Assembly: GCA_032718475.1 (NCBI GenBank)
Contig: JAUCBJ010000880.1
Location: forward strand, 1 to 55,839
DNA from: Nemertoderma westbladi
Lineage: Eukaryota > Animalia > Xenacoelomorpha
Direction of reading: 5' to 3'
DNA: 55,839 bases
Part shown: one piece after another, positions 47,749 through 55,839 of the stretch
Numbering within the stretch: position 1 is the stretch's first letter
Layout: every line of letters begins with the position of its first letter
The notes under the pieces: generated by a model
The model's input: the letters and a program-made list of their open reading frames with translations, nothing else
Databases searched by the model: none
What the model was told of the DNA's origin: nothing
Position numbers and translations under genes: made by a program

Positions 47749-49315
47749 AACTAGACACGTTCGTGGGGACTTCGCGCAGCACGAGGCCTAGTTATTATAT
47801 ACAAATTAAAATGCAGCGACTGTATCACAAAATCAGGTTTTGAGAAATTTACCCACACCACCAATCAATCAAAGAAAGGTGGACAGTACGTGTTCACCCC
47901 TTTTAATCTCCCCCCCCCCCCACCCTTCCCAACCACCAATACATAACCGCGACATCTACCACCCACGGAAGGGTAGCACGAACTTATTTCCAATCGCACG
48001 TTAAATATGCAAAGCCAGGTGGTTTATAGGAATATAATAAACGCAGTACTCGTTTTCATTATAAGCCTCTTTGCGTTCGTCCTGTTTTGTATTTAAATAT
48101 ATTTCTTAAACGCAAGCTAGGACGATCTTTATAATAATAATAACTAGGGATGCGATCAATATGTGAAGCCAGGTGGTTTATATAATAATTTAGTCAACGC
48201 AGTACTCGTCTTCATTATATGCCTCGTTGCGCTCGTCGCTTGTCCTGTTTTGTCATAAAATATTTTTCCTAAACGCAGACTGACGATCTTTATACAGTTA
48301 TAACTATGCGAAGTTTCGAAACTGTGCGAGTAACTGTTGATACATCTATGTGGAGATGTGTGATATGTGGAGATGTGTGATACAACGCCAATGCATCTTA
48401 TGCCGATGTAGTAATATGGGTATTGAAATAATATTAAATCAATGTACACTCTTAAAGCTGCAGCGAAAAAATGTAGCTAATTTCCTAGGTTACATATAAA
48501 ATAATAATATTATTTTTAAGAACATTAATTTTACTACTTTGCAAAAATTCAATTAAAAAATAACCAGATACATTGTGGAATAAACTATTTCAGAAGCCTA
48601 CAACAGCAATGCCATGGATTGTATTTATGTTATTATATCTGTCATTTAACTGAGATAGCAATAGTAGTAATAGTCGAACGGTTATGCGGCCCGTCCAGCC
48701 TATAATAAACACAATTCAGTGATTGGGCTGGAATAGCAATACTGGTTGCCTCTATTACAATTCCTCTCAGGTTAGTCTACAGCCACAACTCCCAGCAGCT
48801 AGCTCCACACCAGCAGAGACTTGACCAATAATGGGAAGGATTAAATTTGTACTCAATAATTGTGCGGTTTAATTACGTTTAGATCAATTAAAGACACATT
48901 TATTAAAGCAAATCACTTAAACTAATTAAAAACTATAATAGAATGGCGTATGGGGATTATATCTGTATAATTTTTAAGTATAATTATTTAAATCTTATAC
49001 TGTAAAACAATTAATTTCCTTTAAAAGGCAGGTTGAAAATGGCGTTTTCACCGCAATCAACTTAATTAACTAATTAACTGCTATTATCTTAGCTTCTCGA
49101 AGGCCACACGGAAATTCTACTTGGAAAATTTCTAAACTTTTGCCAAACAACATGTGTACCAAGTTTGGATAGATTTCATCAAAGATTGGCCGAGTTATTA
49201 ACGTTTAAAATTGAACACGACAGAACGACAGAACGACAGAACGACAGAACGACAGAACGACAGGTTGATTAATGGTACCACTACGCTAAGGCTCACTCAC
49301 TTCGTGGCTCGCCCC
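47749..49315 (+). mobile_element. Helentron-associated (HINE/DINE-1-like) non-autonomous element, boundaries tentative
   Basis: AACTAG..CTAGT start, degenerate ~155-bp internal tandem repeat (48005-48295), CATGTGTACCAAGTTTG core at ~49150, (ACGACAGA)~6 microsatellite, and GC-rich end. Confidence 0.45.
49217..49263. repeat. (ACGACAGA)n microsatellite, ~6 copies
   Basis: Read directly. Confidence 0.95.
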
Positions 49316-49930
49316 ACAGTATGTATGTAAAGTATGAGAGTTTTTGTTGCAGACAGTTTTGATTGACGGATACTTCAGTACTGTTCCGGATATCCTTGTG
49401 TCTAATGTCGTTTACACTTTCTCTTGTCTCTCTTACAAGGGGAAATACTGTATGTTGGACACACCATTCAATACCATCCCACAAGTCTATAAATCTTCCC
49501 TACGATTAAAAGCTAAATCTCATCGAATGTAATTTCAGACACCACCTCCCTGTCTATCACTATCCTAACCTAAAACTATATAATTATCAATATAATTAGG
49601 CAGTTAAACCAGTACTATCTGAGGCTGTGTGGAGATTGTACTATGTACACCAATTATACCCATATAATACGGTAATAATAGAATACCGGCTGTGTAGCCT
49701 AAACCCTTATTTATAACATATTATATCTACAGTATAATTATGTATACAGTAGATGAATAAATTATATAATGTCGGGCAGCGCAGTCAAAGTATCAGATTG
49801 GATTAAATCAAAGTAGTGAATGTTTATCTCTGATCATTATAGAGTGTGCTGGTACTTAGAAATTTCTTAAAGTCTGTAAAAAATCAGTGACATTTGAATC
49901 ATTATTGAGGTAAGTTTGTAAGTATAAAGT

Positions 49931-50565
49931 ACTACTACTACGCTCGGCATGCTGCATTGCAGCTGCATTATATATATATTACATATATATTAAGAATGCT
50001 GTGCCGGCTTGTCAACAAAATTGCGCCGTCACAACTCCCTATCACCCATGATATTTGCAAGATCATCCACATCTTCAAGGCCAGTGAGTCCAGAAGTCAT
50101 GGGCTGTCCACCATGCTTATTCACTCCATGAGGCCGCCAAAGCACAATATTATGCACTGGGTGGTCCTCACGGCGAAAGCAATGTCCTGCAAAGCGGAGG
50201 CGACTTTTTTCTAGTGTTAAGCTTGGAGGAACCAATGAGACACCTCCAATGTTATATAGTGTCTGGTTGGAGATGTGTGCATTGTACTTGATACAATGAA
50301 CCCGGCGTAGCATTCTTGTGAATGTGCCATCCAGAGATTTGGTGTCCTCAGCAGTTAGAGCCCAGCATGGACTCCCATACTACTGCTGCTCTAAATAATC
50401 GGACCTTAAGTTTCCGATTAATTCCCGGTGACTTCCAAATCCTGGACAGCCTATTCAAGGCTGCCCATGCCTTTCCCTTACGTATTCGAAGGTCCTCACC
50501 TGATTTCCGGATCCATGATCCCAGGTAACAGAAGTCGTCCACATGCTCAAGCGTACCATCTTTGA
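49931..50565 (-). mobile_element. 5'-truncated RTE LINE copy, inverted relative to 53738-54377
   Basis: Near-identical peptides HVDDFCYLGSWIRKSGEDLRIRKGKAW and RLRFAGHCFRRED, with the same 3' hairpin and (TAG)n tail. Confidence 0.9.
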
Positions 50566-50835
50566 TCTTCGGTAAATATCGGCATATCGAGATTACAGAC
50601 ATGTACTGTATGCCTATATTATTGCAGTGACAAGTTGTTCGCTGTGACTAACTGACTGATAATATATTATAATTAACAAGAAGATTAATAATTAATTACC
50701 TTATCCTATAAAACATCCACAGGTTTAAAAGCAATTTTCTGGAATTATGACTTCGGCACTGCGATTGACTATAATTTACTTAATTTGTTCTGGGATGTTC
50801 ATGTCGATATTTGCAAGAGATTTACAGCAAAGGTA

Positions 50836-51580
50836 TATTATTATTATTATTATTATTAAGTTTTATTTCGGATTAATAAAATCCATATAAGTATATAAGT
50901 AACTAAGAGCAAAAACAGTAAAACAATAATTAATTTATAATATCCTACTATACACTTTACCTTTACTGTATACTGTATGCAATAAAATGTTGTCGGTAGT
51001 TGACAATCCCTTCATAAGACTTTCCAGTGATGAGTGTCGAATAATATGTACAAATTTAGGCAAATTAAGCTGGCTCATCGTTAGTCAGTCTAATTTTTTA
51101 TAAATAATATCGTGCCGCATTGTTGTACGCTACTTTTAACTTGTTAATCGCACGTAATGAATAATTACGACGTTATAGTAAATGGGCGTACAATAAGCTC
51201 TAAATAATTATTTCTTAACGAACACCGAGTAATTTATTACTAAATTGTCTTAATACCATATTTGTTCTCACATATAAAGCCTATGTCTGCGCATTTATAT
51301 CCATGTCGTCATCAGTACTACAGTGTAGCCAATGTCCTAAATTAAATATGTCAAAGAATGAAAGTACTAATCTATAGCACAAAATATAGACACCGCACAA
51401 ATGATAATGTTATCTGACGAATCAATCCTACGAAATAGGCTGCTAATGGCGTTATATCTAAGATGAACAAATAACTTCATATTATACTGAGCAAACGCCT
51501 CAGTTATGCTTGTTGGTATACCGTCAGTTAATCTAGGTATGTGGAATAACATTCGGAAGCAATTATACGTTTTCATACGT
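50836..51580 (-). mobile_element. Decayed 3' fragments of Proto2/RTEX-like LINE(s)
   Basis: LGHW..DDDMDINAQ..LYVRTNMVLRQF..LFRAYC, KVAYNN, YNCFRMLFHIPR..SDNII. The 3' end reads TATGGAT..ATCCGAAATAAA(TAA)n. Confidence 0.6.
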
Positions 51581-52469
51581 ATTGCGGCCGCACGGTGGAG
51601 CCATATATTAAAATTATTTATTTGTCATGATTATAAACAACAAAACAACATGGAAATAAAATGTGAAATAAGGCAGAAATAAAATCAGGCGGAACCGAAT
51701 TGTATATACACGTTGGGCAGCAAACATGAAATATATGATTAACATACGCACGATAATCCTATTGCACATTATCCAATACGTCAGTCAATCGTATCAGTAC
51801 TAGTTATATTATGTTAACGAGTGGGGTTGGGGGGGGGGGGGGGGGGGGTTGTTGGAAACAAACATCCCGTAATACCAGCGTGCCCAGCACCACGAGGAAC
51901 ATAATGATACTAAGTGATAGTGCTTAGTAGGGTCGGTGTCTATATCGCGTTGAAGAATTCAAGGATGCGAGAGTGCCTAGACGAGAATGATTTATTCTGG
52001 AGGTTGTAACAATTCGTGATGAGATCCATTTTTATGCGATCGCTTGTTGACATCGAACCACAATTCATCCTTGACAACAATGCTTCCTTATTATACTGGA
52101 AGGTGAGGAGAGAAGAGATGTGCGGCATCGGATACAAATTGTTGCATTTTGTGTCGGGATCGAAGATCCCGACCGGGTTATGTCTCACGCGTCACCGTCC
52201 TGCTTGCTTAGTGTCAATATTCTGGCCGAGGCCGTGGCAAGAAAACGATAGAGTTTCGTATTGTCTTGGTAATATAACAAATAGTAACACAATAAACGGC
52301 AGAAATACATACAGTGGTGATAAGGTCTGCTGTTGTTACTGACGATGACGGTAAACAATTATTGCCGGTCTGCACTAACAGAATGAGATAACTGAACTGA
52401 CTGATTCACAGACCGGTAGCAAGTAGATAATATACGACACACCAATATTACTCTACTGCTACATTACTG

Positions 52470-54377
52470 TGGCCTCTCACCTAGTGGATGCTCTCCTTCG
52501 CCCCTATTGGCTAATAACCTACTTCACGTCTCTCCACTCTCTGGGAGTGTTTCTCCCCTGTCGCTGGCCCCTGCTGGCTGTTTCCCCTTCCGAGGTGGTT
52601 TGACCTCTAACCTCCCTTTGTGTGGCTTTGGGGTTTGTACTGTCCCCGGTGTTGGTTGTCCCTGGACTGACAACAAAATTCAGAAGTGCCGAAATGACCT
52701 TCATAAGGCGCAGAAAGAGTCCCGACTCAAACAGACTACAGCGGCCAAGAATGCAGTTAAGTCTGCATCTAGGTCCCTGAACAGGCAGTACTCTGTTAAT
52801 CTACAGGAGCTAATAAACCAACAGGTTGATGCCATCAATGATGCTGACGACAGCAGGCAATCATGCCAGGCATAGGAAATCGATCAATTTGCTTACTGGG
52901 CGGAAAAGCCAACCAACCACCAAGGTTAAGGCTGAATCACCAGCCGATCGCCTCAATGGTTGGAAGGCCCACTTTGAAAAGCTCCTAAATAATGACACAA
53001 TAATGACTGATAACTTTATAGAAGTAAAAGTGTCTGAGATCTCGATTGCTGCAAAGCTATACAATAGGATTCTATTAAATCGCATCAGGGATCCCATTGA
53101 GAGACTGCTCCGTGGAAATCAGAATGGGTTCCGTAAAGGTCGTGGGACCATGGAGCCCATTTTGGCACTTAGAAGGATAATTGAAGAATTATCAAAAAAG
53201 AAAGACAGGCATCTGGCTATTATCTTTGTTGACTTCTTCAAGGCCTTTGATTCAGTCTCTCGCTCACGTATGTTCAGCATACTTTCATTATATGGGATTC
53301 CTGATGAAATTATTGCAGCAATCAGATCAGTATACGATGGTTCGACAACATTTGTGTCTACTGTTGACGGTGACACAGAACCATTTGAAGTGTTATGGGG
53401 CGTCCTCCAAGGAGACACACTTGCACCATTCTTGTTCATTATTGTGGTTGACTATGTTCTACGCATGTCCTTAGATCATCATAATGATGATGGGGTGATG
53501 ATAACTCCACCTACTGGCTCCAGAAGTCGAGGAAATCCTGCCAAGTACCTAACTAATCTAGACTTTGCTGATGACTTAGGAGTACTCTCAGAATCATTAG
53601 AGGGAGCCCAACGGCTCCTCAGCTCATTAGAACATGCTGCTTCTAGTGTTGGTCTTTTTATTAACTCCAGAAAGACCAAAATTTTGACAGTTAACTTTGA
53701 AAGTCCTCAACAAGTCTCTGATCGGATGAGCATAAGCTCAAAGGATGGTATGCTTGGGCATGTGGACGACTTCTGTTACCTGGGATCATGGATCCGGAAG
53801 TCAGGTGAGGACCTTCGAATACGTAAGGGAAAGGCATGGGCAGCCTTGAATAGGCTTTCCAGGATTTGGAAGTCACCGAGAATTAATCGGAAACTTAAGG
53901 TCCGATTATTTAGAGCAGCAGTAGTTCCAGTACTCCTCTACGGGAGTCCATGCTGGGCTCTAACTGCTGAGGACACCAAATCTCTGGATGGCATATTCAC
54001 AAGAATGCTACGCCGGGTTCATTGTGTCAAGTACAATGCACACATCTCCAACCAGACAATATATAACATTGGAGGTGTCTCATTGGTTCCCCCAAGGTTG
54101 ACACTAGAACAAAATCGCCTCCGCTTTGCAGGACATTGCTTTCGCCGGGAGGACCAACCAGTAAGTGCATAATCTTTTGTACTTTGGCAGCCTCATGGAG
54201 TGAATAAGCCCATGACTTTCTTGAGACGCATCTTAAAGGACACTGGCCTTGAAGATGCGGATGATCTCGCAAATGTCATGGGTGATAGGGAGTTGTGGCG
54301 GTGCAATTTTGTCGATAAGCCGGCACAGCATTCTTAAAAATGCAGCTGCAATGCAGCATGCCGATCCTAGTAGTAGT
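52470..54377 (+). mobile_element. RTE (BovB-like) LINE with internal deletions; RT remnant 52826-54172
   Basis: QNGFRKGR, DFFKAFDSV, GVLQGDTLAPFLF, LDFADD, YLGS, LLYGS..W, FAGHC, then a 3' stem-loop and TAG tail. The APE is missing. The 5' boundary is uncertain. Confidence 0.85.
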
Positions 54378-54439
54378 TTTTGTCTGTTCAATGTCAAGGT
54401 TGATCTCGTTTACGCTCGATACTCTACTCGTAGTTTTTA

Positions 54440-55445
54440 GAGCACAGATTCAGAATAATTACGTTCAGCCAAAAGGGCGTTACAATTGATACGAGAACAA
54501 AAAGCTTTCAATTCATCCACAATATCAATCTTTGCACCGTAAAGATTTATATCTGCATAAACACAATGTTTGCTGCACCTCGGAATGAAATATAAGCAAG
54601 TTGTTTTTTTCTTATTAAATAAGATGGAATTATTAGTTTTCGGCCGACCTAACTAGACGTTGTAACCCAAATATTGAATTGGACAGGAGGCATAAATCAT
54701 CTGCATATCCAAGATGGTTCATCCTCGTACTACCTATTAAACACCCTACCCCTGTAAATGTTAAATCCTGACTTAACCCAACCATGTATACATTAAACAA
54801 TAGAGGGGATAAGACACTACCCTGTCTGGTCCCATTTGTGACGGTAAACCTCGATGATGTAATACCAGCCCATCTAATGTACATCTCTTGCACCCTATAC
54901 CAAAAAATAAGCAATCTAACTAAATATACGGGGACTCCTCTACCTAGAAATTTACGAAATAACCCAAAATGGTTTATACGATCAAAAGCCTTGCTAGCGT
55001 CAAGCATACAGACAAACACCGGCGTATTTTGAGAGAGATAATAATTTATTACCTCCTTCAAAGCATATACGCATGTCTCTGTACCCAATTTCGCCTTAAA
55101 GCCAAACTGGTTATCTGATGTACGTAGTTTATCTAAAATTCTATTTAATATAATACGTTCTAGAACCTTTCCTATAACAGATGAAATAGCAACGCCCACG
55201 ATAATAATCCCTACTCGTAGTATCACCCGTTTTATCATTAATATAGGATTATATATACGGCTTAAATATAGGATTATCAAAAGGGTTAACTTTCGTAAAA
55301 ACAAAATTTTTATCTGATTTATCGTTGACACATTTCAAAAGTTGAGAAAGATGATCCCGCCACATTTCACTAATAGTTGCTGCGCCCAGAGCACCCCCTA
55401 CTTTAATCGGCGGGAGGCTGCTACTTGACCGGGTTGTGTACAAAT
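54440..55445 (-). pseudogene. Proto2/RTEX-like RT fragment
   Basis: QFGFK..GTETC..LKEVINYY, LDASKAFDRINH, NGTRQGSVLSPLLFNVY, LGYADD. Confidence 0.8.
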
Positions 55446-55839
55446 TTAGGAATCGCGTAATTTTTATTGAACTTTAATATCTTCGAGGTTAAGATCCCTA
55501 GATCCCTTCCTATAATAAATGTATAATAACAAACACCTCGAAGAACACAGCTTGCCAACACATTGTTACTATCAATAATAAAAAATCAGGGGCTAATAAA
55601 ATGGCAGCTGGCTTGGAAATTAATACTCCATATCTCAAGAACCTGTGGCCTAGTGGTTGTTGTCTCGGCAAAGTCGAAACGCGTAGGTGGTTTGGAGAGA
55701 TATGAGATATTAATTTCAATAAAAATTACGCAATTCCTAAAATTTATACACTACCCGGTTAAAAAAGTACGCATGTGATGGGATTAGTCATACAATTGCG
55801 CCAATAAAAGATAAGTTATTTTCGTTAAAATAAATTTAT

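Noticed and set aside
52470-52660. HDV-like ribozyme at the RTE 5' end
   Set aside because: Expected for RTE elements and a GGCTAA motif is present, but I could not build the P1-P2-P3 nested pseudoknot by eye; needs a descriptor search.
29162-55032. Many short ORFs antisense to or overlapping TE ORFs
   Set aside because: Shadow frames of RT/gag/pol coding sequence with no independent motifs.

Overview
Eukaryotic (animal-like) genomic DNA, not prokaryotic. Positions ~590-26,700 hold the first 4-5 coding exons of a TMEM104-family amino-acid-transporter-like gene on the minus strand. Its third intron (798-25,681, 24.9 kb) is almost entirely a 34-bp tandem satellite of about 725 copies. The repeat unit is the exon3/intron3 splice-donor junction itself plus branch-point-like CTAAC motifs. 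Positions ~27,300-55,800 are a nested transposon cluster: an intact-looking Crack/L2-group LINE, a decayed Rex1/Babar-like LINE, and RTE, Proto2-like, Crypton-like and Helentron-like remnants. The Rex1/Babar-like LINE is interrupted by a young Gypsy LTR element and by a head-to-head Proto2-like + RTEX-like LINE pair flanked by a 186-bp duplication. Most notable: (1) all three LINEs with a visible ORF1/ORF2 junction have the ORFs in the same frame, separated by one stop codon. Two of them, from apparently different clades, share the exact readthrough-type context GAT-TGA-CTA-C and homologous ORF1s. (2) The splice-site-derived intronic satellite. Clade names come from recalled motifs, not database searches.
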